Assembly: GCA_002841695.1 (NCBI GenBank)
Contig: PHAN01000003.1
Span: forward strand, 164,849-228,848
Direction: 5' to 3'
DNA: 64,000 nucleotides
Source: Elusimicrobia bacterium HGW-Elusimicrobia-1
Lineage (GTDB): Bacteria > Elusimicrobiota > Endomicrobiia > PHAN01
Both the position numbers and the translations under genes were made by a program. Positions 1-8,044 of this stretch are shown piece after piece. How positions within the stretch are numbered: position 1 is the stretch's first letter; each line of letters starts with the position of its first letter. A model generated the notes under the pieces. It was not told where the DNA came from, did no database searches, and saw only the letters and a list, made by a program, of their open reading frames with translations.

Positions 1-558
1 AGCGGCACGACGCTGATAGAGTGCAAACTTTTGGGTCGCCGCGCAATCGGTATTGACATAAATCCCAAAATGGTGCGGCTTGCGAGGGAAAATCTTGACT
101 TCAAAAGCTCCGCTCGACAGGCGCCGGTATCGGTCAGATTAGGCGATGCGCGCCATTTGAGCGGAATCCCCGACGGTAGCATTGATTTTATAGCCACCCA
201 TCCGCCGTACGTAGACATTATCAAATATAGTGACGGGAAAATAAAATCCGACCTCTCTAATATTCACAAACTTAAAGATTTTTGTGACGAGATAAAGAAA
301 GTTGCCGACGAGTGCCGTCGCGTGCTCAAACCGGGCAAGCGTTGCGCCATTCTTGTAGGCGATACGAGAAGGCATGGCTATTATCAACCGCTCGCTTTCG
401 GCGTGATGAAAGCGTTTCTCGACTCAGGATTCAAACTCAAGGAAGACATAATCAAACGCCAATGGAACTGCAAGGCCACGCCTCTTTGGGCAACTTTGTC
501 GAAAAAATATAATTTCCATTTGATTATGCACGAGCATTTGTTTGTGTTTGATAAATAA
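1..558 (+). CDS. DNA N4/N6 methyltransferase, 5'-truncated by the window edge
   Basis: Frame is open from base 1 (SGTTLIECKLLGRRAIGIDIN, end of the SAM-binding motif I); catalytic THPPY motif; stop at 556-558. Confidence 0.8.
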   Translation, partial: SGTTLIECKLLGRRAIGIDINPKMVRLARENLDFKSSARQAPVSVRLGDARHLSGIPDGSIDFIATHPPYVDIIKYSDGKIKSDLSNIHKLKDFCDEIKKVADECRRVLKPGKRCAILVGDTRRHGYYQPLAFGVMKAFLDSGFKLKEDIIKRQWNCKATPLWATLSKKYNFHLIMHEHLFVFDK

Positions 559-582
559 TTCCTAAATTTTACGGGAGAACAT

Positions 583-1455
583 ATGGCCATAAAAAAACTG
601 GTTGCTGGTTTACCTACATTTGACGGATTAATGCGTCCGGTAGTTAAAGCTCTTATTTCTTTAGGTGGTTCAGGTACCATTGAGGAGATTGATGGAAAGG
701 TTGCCGAACTTGAAAAGATAGATGAAGAGATATTGAAGGTACCTCACACTAAAGATGGTGCGACGACTGAAGTTGAATATAGGTTAGCTTGGGCAAGAAC
801 ATATCTAAAAAAATGTGGCATACTTAATAATTCCGAACGTGGAGTGTGGGCGCTTGCGAGACCTGATATAGATCCGGAAAGTATTAAACCTAACGAAATA
901 GTTAGAATATGCAGAGAGAATTATTTAAAAAAGGTCAGTGAAATAAAGGGTAAAGAAAGTTCTGATGTGGATGTTGTCTCAGAAGATGAATCGCAAAAAT
1001 GGAAGCAAGAGCTCCTTGATGTTTTGTTGGCAATTTCACCTGCATCATTTGAAAGATTGGCGCAAAGAATGCTTAGGGAAAGCGGGTTCATTCAAGTGGA
1101 AGTTACAGGTCGTACCGGTGACGGTGGTATAGATGGCAAGGGAATAATTCGTATAAGCGGACTATTGAGTTTCCATGTTATATTTCAATGTAAGCGTTAC
1201 AAGGGGGTTGTCAGCCCGAGCCAAATAAGGGATTTCCGAGGGGCTATGACGGGGCGGGCGGATAAAGGGTTATTTATTACAACAGGTTCATTTACACGTG
1301 AAGCTATCAAAGAGGCGACCCGTGATGGCGCGCCGCCGATCGATTTGATTGATGGTGAAAAACTTTGCGACAAGCTGAGGGAACTAAAATTAGGCATTAA
1401 CACAAAACTTATGGAAGAGGTTATTATTAACGGGGAATGGTTTAAAAGTTTGTAG
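583..1455 (+). CDS. mrr: Mrr-family restriction endonuclease (Mrr_N + Mrr_cat)
   Basis: EYRLAWARTYLKK N-domain; FERL...GDGGIDG...FQCKRY and LFITTGSFT catalytic motifs. Confidence 0.9.
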   Translation: MAIKKLVAGLPTFDGLMRPVVKALISLGGSGTIEEIDGKVAELEKIDEEILKVPHTKDGATTEVEYRLAWARTYLKKCGILNNSERGVWALARPDIDPESIKPNEIVRICRENYLKKVSEIKGKESSDVDVVSEDESQKWKQELLDVLLAISPASFERLAQRMLRESGFIQVEVTGRTGDGGIDGKGIIRISGLLSFHVIFQCKRYKGVVSPSQIRDFRGAMTGRADKGLFITTGSFTREAIKEATRDGAPPIDLIDGEKLCDKLRELKLGINTKLMEEVIINGEWFKSL

Positions 1456-1528
1456 GTGATCTCACGCGGTTTGCCACACCCGAAATATTGCTACGTTTCA
1501 TAAGATGTTTATCAAAGGAGTCCCCCAA

Positions 1529-1846
1529 ATGACCACCCAACCCGTCGCGCCCCGTCTTGCCGACCTCGTAGAATATCAGTCAAACGCCGTCGTCAGTAAA
1601 ACGTTAATCGAAAAGAAAACCGGCACGGTAACGCTTTTCGCCTTCGACAAAGGTCAGGGCTTGAGCGAACACACAGCGCCCTTCGATGCAATGGTCTGCG
1701 TGCTCGACGGAGCCGTCGAAATAACCATCTCCGGCAAACCCATCACCGTCAAGCAGGGCGAAATGATAATCATGCCCGCCAACGAATCGCACGCGCTAAA
1801 AGGCGTCGAACGATTTAAGATGATGTTGACGATGATAAGGTCGTAA
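1529..1846 (+). CDS. Cupin-domain protein
   Basis: AAGGAG RBS; LFAFDKGQGLSEHTAP...MPANESHAL cupin motifs. Confidence 0.85.
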   Translation: MTTQPVAPRLADLVEYQSNAVVSKTLIEKKTGTVTLFAFDKGQGLSEHTAPFDAMVCVLDGAVEITISGKPITVKQGEMIIMPANESHALKGVERFKMMLTMIRS

Positions 1847-1968
1847 AAATGTATACTGCTGGAGTATCGCTGATACCATAAAAGAGGGACAGCATGAGAG
1901 CGTTAAAGCTTTCAACGATAAACAGCTGTAAGCCCGGGCAATTGCGTTGCCGCGGGCTTTTTTATTTT
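1847..1968 (+). promoter_or_regulatory. Repeated leader module, copy A (-10 box, RBS, start-codon hairpin, bulged terminator); -35 missing
   Basis: TATACT 1852-1857; GAGGG; TGAGAGC-gttaaa-GCTTTCA hairpin; AGCCCG-GGCAA/TTGCC-g-CGGGCT followed by TTTTTATTTT. Confidence 0.7.
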
Positions 1969-3435
1969 GCGTCCGCGGCGTTTTTATCATCGATAATGAT
2001 TTTGTTTTTCTCCGATATACTTCTTGCAAAAACCTTCATCAGGGAACACTATTACCGCGCCGGGAAAAACGACACCGAAATCACTTCCCGGGCGATAGCG
2101 CTGCATCAGGTAAAGGCGCGGCTGCTCGAAGAAATCGGGACTTACATGGAAAGCACGTTTGAGAGCACGGAGCAGGAGGGCGGCGGTCTCGGCGGACAAT
2201 TCACGAAATATCAGATAGTAAGCATCACAGCGGGAATCACGGAGACAAAGATACTGGAAGAGCGGTGGGACGGTAAAATATATTATATAAAGGCCGAGAT
2301 AGACGTGGATATTGATGATACACGCCGTAAAATTCGGGAGATATCGCAGGATAGGGAACGGATGCGGGAAATAGAGGCGATAAACAGAAAAGCCGATGAG
2401 GCGCTAAGGCAGATAGAGATGCTGACAAAGTCAAAAAAAAGCATTCCGATAGAATACACCGGCAGCCATATTATGAAAGTGGATGGCCGCAAAGTAGTTA
2501 TCGGACTGGGCTTGCTCAACGGTGTCAGAAAAAGCCAACAATTCAAAATTATAAAATCCGACAGCAAGGTTAATCCGCGCACAGGTGTAATAGTACACAA
2601 AGAAACAGCCGTTATCGGGGCGCTTAAAGTTATAAATACCGACGAGTGGACTTCTGATTGCGTGGTGATTTCCGGCGCCGGACGTATAAAACCGGGTGAT
2701 TTGATCAGTCCTCGCGCAGAAAAGGGTATTATGGAAATTGAGGGCGCGCTGTCCAGAGCCGAACCGCTGGACGAATTTAAATTCCGCTTCAACTGGAAGT
2801 TTCCGTATTTATTCAGGATGGATTTGGGTTATCTCAGGCCGTATTTTATGGAAAGTTTCGGCGAGGCAGCATATTTGAATTTTTCTTTTGACTGGCCATG
2901 GTTTGAAATCGGCCCCGGTTTTGCGGGATTCTTTCGGTACGGTGTTCCGCTTTTCGGCGGAGCGTCGATTGTTATGAGGGTGGGCCCGTATGAAGGCCCG
3001 ATAAATATTATTTTGCGGCATAACGGTGGAAAATTTATAGGCGCCGATCCAAATCAAAGGATAAACGGATTGATAGAGACAAATTGGCGGATTTCCGGCC
3101 GTGTTTTGCTTTATGGCAGAATGCATCAATATAAAGGGTCGTGGCAGGCCGGTGAATTTTATCACGATGACAAAGGTTATCAATATAATACAAGAACTTA
3201 CGGTGGGGCGGAAATAGGTTCGGGGGATTTAAGCTTTTTTGTCCAATATGGAGATGTTTTTGAGTATTGCGCGCTCGGAAAAGACCCCCGAGTTGAGCGG
3301 AGAGGAGAATACGGTGGCGCCGGAATCAAGTTGAATATGACTCCGTTGAGATACACTTTTTCCGCCGAGGGGATAAGGGCGCTGGGCGACGACAGAAGTT
3401 TGATTTTGCGTCTGGGCATAGGTTATGAGTTTTAG
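1894..3435 (+). CDS. Exported/outer-membrane protein: conserved N-domain + coiled coil + FlgT-C-like domain + C-terminal beta-barrel (paralog 1)
   Basis: Signal-like hydrophobic segment ending ILLA; N-terminal ~175 aa highly similar to 4704..5777; aromatic/Gly-rich C-terminus ending LGIGYEF (BAM-type terminal Phe). Confidence 0.6.
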   Translation: MRALKLSTINSCKPGQLRCRGLFYFASAAFLSSIMILFFSDILLAKTFIREHYYRAGKNDTEITSRAIALHQVKARLLEEIGTYMESTFESTEQEGGGLGGQFTKYQIVSITAGITETKILEERWDGKIYYIKAEIDVDIDDTRRKIREISQDRERMREIEAINRKADEALRQIEMLTKSKKSIPIEYTGSHIMKVDGRKVVIGLGLLNGVRKSQQFKIIKSDSKVNPRTGVIVHKETAVIGALKVINTDEWTSDCVVISGAGRIKPGDLISPRAEKGIMEIEGALSRAEPLDEFKFRFNWKFPYLFRMDLGYLRPYFMESFGEAAYLNFSFDWPWFEIGPGFAGFFRYGVPLFGGASIVMRVGPYEGPINIILRHNGGKFIGADPNQRINGLIETNWRISGRVLLYGRMHQYKGSWQAGEFYHDDKGYQYNTRTYGGAEIGSGDLSFFVQYGDVFEYCALGKDPRVERRGEYGGAGIKLNMTPLRYTFSAEGIRALGDDRSLILRLGIGYEF

Positions 3436-3523
3436 GCGCCGCCGGTCCGACGCTCATTCGGGTCATTGATATTGCGTCGGGCGATAGACTCGCCGGCGCT
3501 TAAGCGGGGATAATATTTCCCCC

Positions 3524-3572
3524 TTGACATTCACCATAAAATATGGTATATGTAACATAAATTATGGTGAAT
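3524..3572 (+). promoter_or_regulatory. Sigma70 promoter overlapped by a palindromic operator
   Basis: TTGACA(3524)-17bp-TATATG(3547); perfect 11-bp inverted repeat ATTCACCATAA(3529-3539)/TTATGGTGAAT(3562-3572). Confidence 0.75.
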
Positions 3573-3588
3573 CGTCCGGAGGCGAAAT

Positions 3589-3918
3589 ATGCTTGAATCC
3601 ATCCTCGGCAACAAGACGGTCGAAAAAATACTCCTTTATCTTGAGCGCTATGGGCAGGGTTATCCGCAAAGCATCGCGCAACTGTTCGGCGTCAGCTTAA
3701 ACGGCATTCAACAGCAGTTAAAACGCCTGGAAAACGGCGGCGTCATTTCGAGTAATCGTTACGGGAAACTGCGTCTGTACACATTTAATCCACGGTACTA
3801 CTTTTTGCCGGAGTTGCGCGCTATACTCAAAAAAGCCCTCGATGCTTTGCCCGAAGCGGAGATAAAAAAATACTACATGCTTCGCACCCGCCCGCGCAGG
3901 AGCGGTAAACCTTTGTGA
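3589..3918 (+). CDS. Winged-helix (ArsR-like) DNA-binding protein, putative antitoxin/regulator
   Basis: GGAGG RBS; SIAQLFGVSLNGIQQQLKRLENGGVI HTH followed by wing (GKLRLYTFN). Confidence 0.75.
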   Translation: MLESILGNKTVEKILLYLERYGQGYPQSIAQLFGVSLNGIQQQLKRLENGGVISSNRYGKLRLYTFNPRYYFLPELRAILKKALDALPEAEIKKYYMLRTRPRRSGKPL

Positions 3919-4466
3919 AAAAATCCATCGGGAAAGAAAACATCAAAGAACTCGCCGCACATGTATGCGGGGGGTTGAATAAAGAAGGAATCGACGCCGT
4001 TCTCGTCGGCGGCGCGTGTGTGTCGATTTATACGCAAAACGAGTATGAATCGTCCGATCTGGATTTTGTCGCCGAAGCCGAGTTGAAGAAAATGGACGCG
4101 GCCCTTGCCGGCATGGGATTTTCAAGGCCAAAGGGGGAGAGGCATTACAAGCGTCCCGGCGGATATTACTTTATCGAGTTTGTCGCTGCGCCGGTGGCCG
4201 TTGGCCGTGAAATAGTCAAAAGTTTAAAAAAACTCAAGACGAGATTCGGCGTCATAAAAATGTTGTCTCCGACGGACAGCGTGAAAGACCGCCTCGCCGC
4301 GTTTTTTCATTGGAATGATCATCAATCACTCGAACAGGCGATTATGATAACCAAAAAGAACCGAGTCGACCTTAAAGAAATCGGCGCGTGGGCGAAAAGA
4401 GAAGGCAAAAGCGGCGAGCTTAAAATCTTTTTTGATAAGTCGAAACGAGCCAAGGCAAGGGCTTGA
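3915..4466 (+). CDS. Putative nucleotidyltransferase-fold protein (type IV TA toxin-like)
   Basis: VLVGGAC...SSDLDFV pol-beta-type GG..DxD motif; GTGA overlap with the upstream wHTH gene. Confidence 0.6.
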   Translation: MKKSIGKENIKELAAHVCGGLNKEGIDAVLVGGACVSIYTQNEYESSDLDFVAEAELKKMDAALAGMGFSRPKGERHYKRPGGYYFIEFVAAPVAVGREIVKSLKKLKTRFGVIKMLSPTDSVKDRLAAFFHWNDHQSLEQAIMITKKNRVDLKEIGAWAKREGKSGELKIFFDKSKRAKARA

Positions 4467-4528
4467 CCGGACGACATATTAGAATCGGTGGATTTTTCGA
4501 TAAACCGCAATCATTTCCCGGGTTTCAA

Positions 4529-4618
4529 GTGGTTTTCGTATGAATTTTGTATGGATTACTCGTGGTTTTCGTGTGGTCTTCGTGTGGTATTTTATAGTTG
4601 ATTCCGGGCGGATTAAGC
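4529..4618 (+). repeat. Degenerate ~11-bp tandem array (consensus GTGGTTTTCGT), ~8 units
   Basis: Units start at 4529, 4540, 4551, 4562, 4573, 4584, 4597, 4608; lies directly upstream of the copy B promoter. Confidence 0.75.
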
Positions 4619-4634
4619 CGTGTTTAGCATTGAT

Positions 4635-4778
4635 TTGAATCCACCCGTCCGAAAATGTATACTCTGAAAAGATGAAACAGAAACAGTAACACAGAGGGGT
4701 AAAATGAGAGCATCAAAGCTTTCAACGGCAAATAATCGGCAGCCCGGGCGTTTACTGCGCCGCGGGCTTTTTTATTTT
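4635..4778 (+). promoter_or_regulatory. Repeated leader module, copy B
   Basis: TTGAAT(4635)-17bp-TATACT(4658); GAGGGG RBS; TGAGAGC-atcaaa-GCTTTCA hairpin; AGCCCG-GGCG/CGCC-g-CGGGCT followed by TTTTTATTTT. Confidence 0.8.
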
Positions 4779-5777
4779 GCGCCCGCGGCGTTTTTATCGT
4801 CGATGATGATTCTGTTTTTCTCCCAAGCGCTTCTTGCAAAAACATTTATAAGGGAACACTATTATCGCGCCGGCAAGCAGGATACCCAATTGACCGCCCG
4901 GGCAATTGCATTGCATCAGGTTAAGTCGCGTCTGATCGAGGAGGTCGGCACTTATATAGAAAGCGCATTTGAAAGCACGGAACGAGAAAGCAAAGCCGGG
5001 AGCGAACAATTCACGAAGCATCAGATAGTAAGCATAACCGCGGGAATCACGGAAACAAAGATACTGGAAGAGAAATGGGACGGTAAGACCTATTACATAA
5101 AAGCAGAAATTGAAGTCGACGTCGACGACACGAAGCGGCGGATAACGGAGATATCCGGCGACAGAAGCAAGATGAGAGAGATAGAAGAGATAAACCGAAA
5201 GGCCGACGATGCTTTGCGGGAAATAGAAGCGCTCAAAAAATCAAGCGGCTTACCGAAACGCGGCGGCGGTGCGTTTTATGTCGGATTGGATCTGCCCGGT
5301 ACATTCAAGGAAAACTACAGTATCGGCACATACAGCGGTGAACGACCCGTCGATTCCGGAGCCGGGGTTGCAATCGGATGGGAATACGAGGGACGCGGCG
5401 TTCCCTTGGGACTTGGTTTCGGAGCTTTTTACCAGTTGCCGAGGACGCTGACTTTTAGCGGCTCGGCTACTATCGGTTTTTCGCCGCTATATCTCCTGGG
5501 GCATTATTATGTAAACGACTTCACTTATATCATAGGTCGATTGGGATACAGTATGTATTACAGTAAAAATTTCACCACATACGCGAGCTACGCGGGCGGG
5601 TTGTATTATGCCTTCGGGCTGGGAATAAAAACGCAGGGATTCACTCTTTCCGGGGTTTACAGCGTCAATAAAAGCGAGGGCTCGGGGTTTAGCGATGTGT
5701 GGCTTTTGCCCCGCGGACCCATTTCAGGGACATTAACATACTCTCAGATTTCCATTCTCTTTAAATTATATATCTGA
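4704..5777 (+). CDS. Exported/outer-membrane protein: same conserved N-domain + different, smaller beta-barrel-like C-terminus (paralog 2)
   Basis: Shares KTFIREHYYRAGK...ETKILEE(R/K)WDGK.YYIKAEI.VD with 1894..3435; C-terminal half has alternating aromatic/Gly strands (GGLYYAFGLG). Confidence 0.6.
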   Translation: MRASKLSTANNRQPGRLLRRGLFYFAPAAFLSSMMILFFSQALLAKTFIREHYYRAGKQDTQLTARAIALHQVKSRLIEEVGTYIESAFESTERESKAGSEQFTKHQIVSITAGITETKILEEKWDGKTYYIKAEIEVDVDDTKRRITEISGDRSKMREIEEINRKADDALREIEALKKSSGLPKRGGGAFYVGLDLPGTFKENYSIGTYSGERPVDSGAGVAIGWEYEGRGVPLGLGFGAFYQLPRTLTFSGSATIGFSPLYLLGHYYVNDFTYIIGRLGYSMYYSKNFTTYASYAGGLYYAFGLGIKTQGFTLSGVYSVNKSEGSGFSDVWLLPRGPISGTLTYSQISILFKLYI

Positions 5778-5877
5778 AATCAACACACCCCGACGGAAAC
5801 GACCCGCGTTATTGCCGCACGACACTTGTTGACGATATAAAACACTCGCCGTCCTTGAGTAGGCACAAAGAACAAAG

Positions 5878-6585
5878 ATGATATCATTCATCGTCCCCGC
5901 CCACAATGAAGAGCGATTGCTTCCCGCCACGCTTCAAGCGATTGGCGAAGCGGCCAAGTCCGTTGGCGAACCGTACGAAGTCATCGTAGTTGACGACGCT
6001 TCGACGGACGCCACGTCCGATGTCGCCCGCAAGTGCGGCGCGAAGGTCGTCCGCATAGAGCGACGTCAAATCGCCTCGGCCCGCAACGCGGGAGCGCGCG
6101 AATCATCGGGCGAACGGCTCTTTTTCGTCGACGCCGACACCCTCATAACCTCCGATGTCCTTGGCGCCGCCATGCGCGCGATGGATTCCGGCGCCGTCGG
6201 CGGCGGCGCGACGGCCCGAATGGACGGCCGCCTGCCTCTTTACGCCCGCGCGATGCTTTCCGCGAGCATGCCGCTTTTCAGGATGCTGCGACTTGCTCCG
6301 GGATGTTTCGTGTTTTGCACCCGCAGGGCCTTCGAGGCGTCCGGCGGCTTCGACGAGCGCTACTACGCCGCCGAAGACATCGTCGTCAGTAACGCCCTCA
6401 AGCGCCAAGGCCGTTTCGTGATTTTGCGCGAGCATGTCGTCACGTCCGGAAGAAAAGCCCGCGCCAACAACTTATTCGACCTGTCGCGCCTGCTCGTCCG
6501 TCTGCTTCGTTATGGTCTCAAGTCCCGCAAGGCGCTCGGCTTCTGGTACGAAAAAAGGACGGATGATACGGAATTGCGCGGGTGA
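5878..6585 (+). CDS. GT2-family glycosyltransferase
   Basis: ISFIVPAHNEE, VIVVDDASTD, FFVDAD, GGFDE motifs. Confidence 0.9.
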   Translation: MISFIVPAHNEERLLPATLQAIGEAAKSVGEPYEVIVVDDASTDATSDVARKCGAKVVRIERRQIASARNAGARESSGERLFFVDADTLITSDVLGAAMRAMDSGAVGGGATARMDGRLPLYARAMLSASMPLFRMLRLAPGCFVFCTRRAFEASGGFDERYYAAEDIVVSNALKRQGRFVILREHVVTSGRKARANNLFDLSRLLVRLLRYGLKSRKALGFWYEKRTDDTELRG

Positions 6586-6786
6586 ATCTTGGATGCCGCC
6601 TGCGCCGAAAGATGCCGTGCTCTGAATCAGTGTGATGGTTGAGCCCCGCGCCGACGATATGCTATACTGGCCGCAAAGCGTTACTAAGGAAAAATCGCTC
6701 CGAGCCCCGAATCGTTTGGCGATGTACAAATCTAATAGAACCGCGCGGCAGAGCGTGACGTCCGTTGCGGCAAGGAGGATACGCAA

Positions 6787-7245
6787 ATGAAAGTTCCGGA
6801 ATACATCACAAAGGAAGAAGTCCGTCGCGTCTGTCGGGAACTGGGCATCCGGGACTGGTCTATTCTGAAGGAACCCGTCATTCCTGCGAAGGAAGCGGAA
6901 GCGGTTCTTCGCGCACTCGATGTTCCTTCGATGAATGTCGATCTTTCCGTCTTCAAATCGGGTCTTGAAGTCGAGTTGGAGCATGGCACTCGCTATCCCG
7001 AGGCCAATGTCACGAACAACCACCCCATCATCACGGGCCGAATCGTCGTTGCTCATCTGAAAGAGTCGATGGACTACTACCTCAGACTTGCCGTTGCGGA
7101 GGCGGAGGGCGATTTGCTTTCCGCGATTCTTTCCGGAGACGGCAAACGCGCGGCACGAAAGCTCCGTGCCCTCGCCGAAGCTCGCGCCGAAGTAGCCCGC
7201 GCTGAGCAAACGCAGTTGGAAAATATAACCAAACCGGAGAATTAA
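6787..7245 (+). CDS. DUF5661-like hypothetical protein
   Basis: AGGAGG RBS; GLEVELEHG...IVVAHLKE..DYYLRL motif. Confidence 0.6.
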   Translation: MKVPEYITKEEVRRVCRELGIRDWSILKEPVIPAKEAEAVLRALDVPSMNVDLSVFKSGLEVELEHGTRYPEANVTNNHPIITGRIVVAHLKESMDYYLRLAVAEAEGDLLSAILSGDGKRAARKLRALAEARAEVARAEQTQLENITKPEN

Positions 7246-7255
7246 GGAGAGACCG

Positions 7256-7657
7256 ATGAAAACAAGAATGGGTTTGTGGATTGACCACAGAAAAGCCGTC
7301 ATCGTGGCCGTTACGGACAAAGGGGAAGACACAATACTGATATTGTCGAAAGTGGAAAAGCATCTCCAGCGTTCCGGCGATTCGTCCCGCAAAGGTTATG
7401 CATCGCGGCAGGCGCCCGCGTCCGATAGTCGCCAGAGAATGTTTACAGGGCATATCAACGTTTACTACGATGCTATAATTGCGTGTCTTCGCGCCGCGGA
7501 ATCCATTCTGATATTTGGTCCCGGCGAGGCAAAAGGCGAACTGAAAAAACGTCTTATAAAAAGTAAACTGGGCGGACGCATCGCAGGGGTTGAAGCAGTC
7601 GGCAATATGACGGATAACCAGATTGTGGCTAAGGTTCGCCGGCGCTTCGCTAAGTAG
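7256..7657 (+). CDS. eRF1/Dom34 domain-2-like (host-attachment-type) protein
   Basis: AAGGAG RBS; GLWIDHRKAVIV and ILIFGPGEAKGEL motifs. Confidence 0.65.
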   Translation: MKTRMGLWIDHRKAVIVAVTDKGEDTILILSKVEKHLQRSGDSSRKGYASRQAPASDSRQRMFTGHINVYYDAIIACLRAAESILIFGPGEAKGELKKRLIKSKLGGRIAGVEAVGNMTDNQIVAKVRRRFAK

Positions 7658-7770
7658 CGTTTGGCAATGTGGGTCGAGGCGGAATCATCCCGGGAAGTCG
7701 GATTGGTGAGAAGATAGGCCGCTAAAAATCGCGAAGTTTTTATGTAAACGATAAATACCCCGAATTTCGC

Positions 7771-7872
7771 GTGGTTTTTTAGTGGTTTTCGAGTGGTTGC
7801 CCCAGTGGTTTTCGTGTGGTTTTTGTGTGGCGTTCGGGTGGTGATTTATAGTGGATTTGGGGTGGTTTTGAA
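7771..7872 (+). repeat. ~11-bp tandem array (consensus GTGGTTTTCGT), 9 units
   Basis: GTGG-starting units at 7771, 7782, 7793, 7805, 7816, 7827, 7838, 7851, 7862; upstream of the copy C promoter. Confidence 0.8.
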
Positions 7873-7895
7873 GCTAAAAAATAGCTAAGAATGGC

Positions 7896-8040
7896 TTGAA
7901 TTACGGTCACTGAAAATGTATACTCTGAAAAGATAAAGCAATAAAATATCACAGCGGGGTCCGATGAGAGCATCAAAGCTTTCAACGGGGGGAATTGTAA
8001 TCGCCCGGGCGTCTATTGGCGCCTCGGGCTTTTTTATTTT
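7896..8040 (+). promoter_or_regulatory. Repeated leader module, copy C
   Basis: TTGAAT(7896)-17bp-TATACT(7919); GCGGGG; TGAGAGC-atcaaa-GCTTTCA hairpin; GCCCG-GGCGTC/GGCGCC-t-CGGGC followed by TTTTTTATTTT. Confidence 0.8.
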
Positions 8041-8044
8041 ATGA
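7964..8044 (+). CDS. Putative 26-aa leader peptide MRASKLSTGGIVIARASIGASGFFIL
   Basis: Same ATG context and first 8 residues as 4704..5777; its TGA overlaps the HNH start codon (ATGA). Confidence 0.5.
   Translation: MRASKLSTGGIVIARASIGASGFFIL

Noticed and set aside
1894-1968. Leader module as a guanidine-I (ykkC) riboswitch because of AAGCCCGGG
   Set aside because: The other ykkC core segments (CTAGGGTTCCG, GGGATAAAAGCCCGGGAG context) are absent, and AGCCCG is simply the terminator 5' arm
1894-5777. Paralog pair as a diversity-generating retroelement or shufflon
   Set aside because: No reverse transcriptase, no adenine-specific TR/VR pair and no inverted cassettes; the shared part is N-terminal and both genes are complete
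7771-7872. GTGG arrays (also 4529-4618) as a CRISPR array
   Set aside because: Units are ~11 bp, contiguous and degenerate, with no unique spacers and no cas genes in the window
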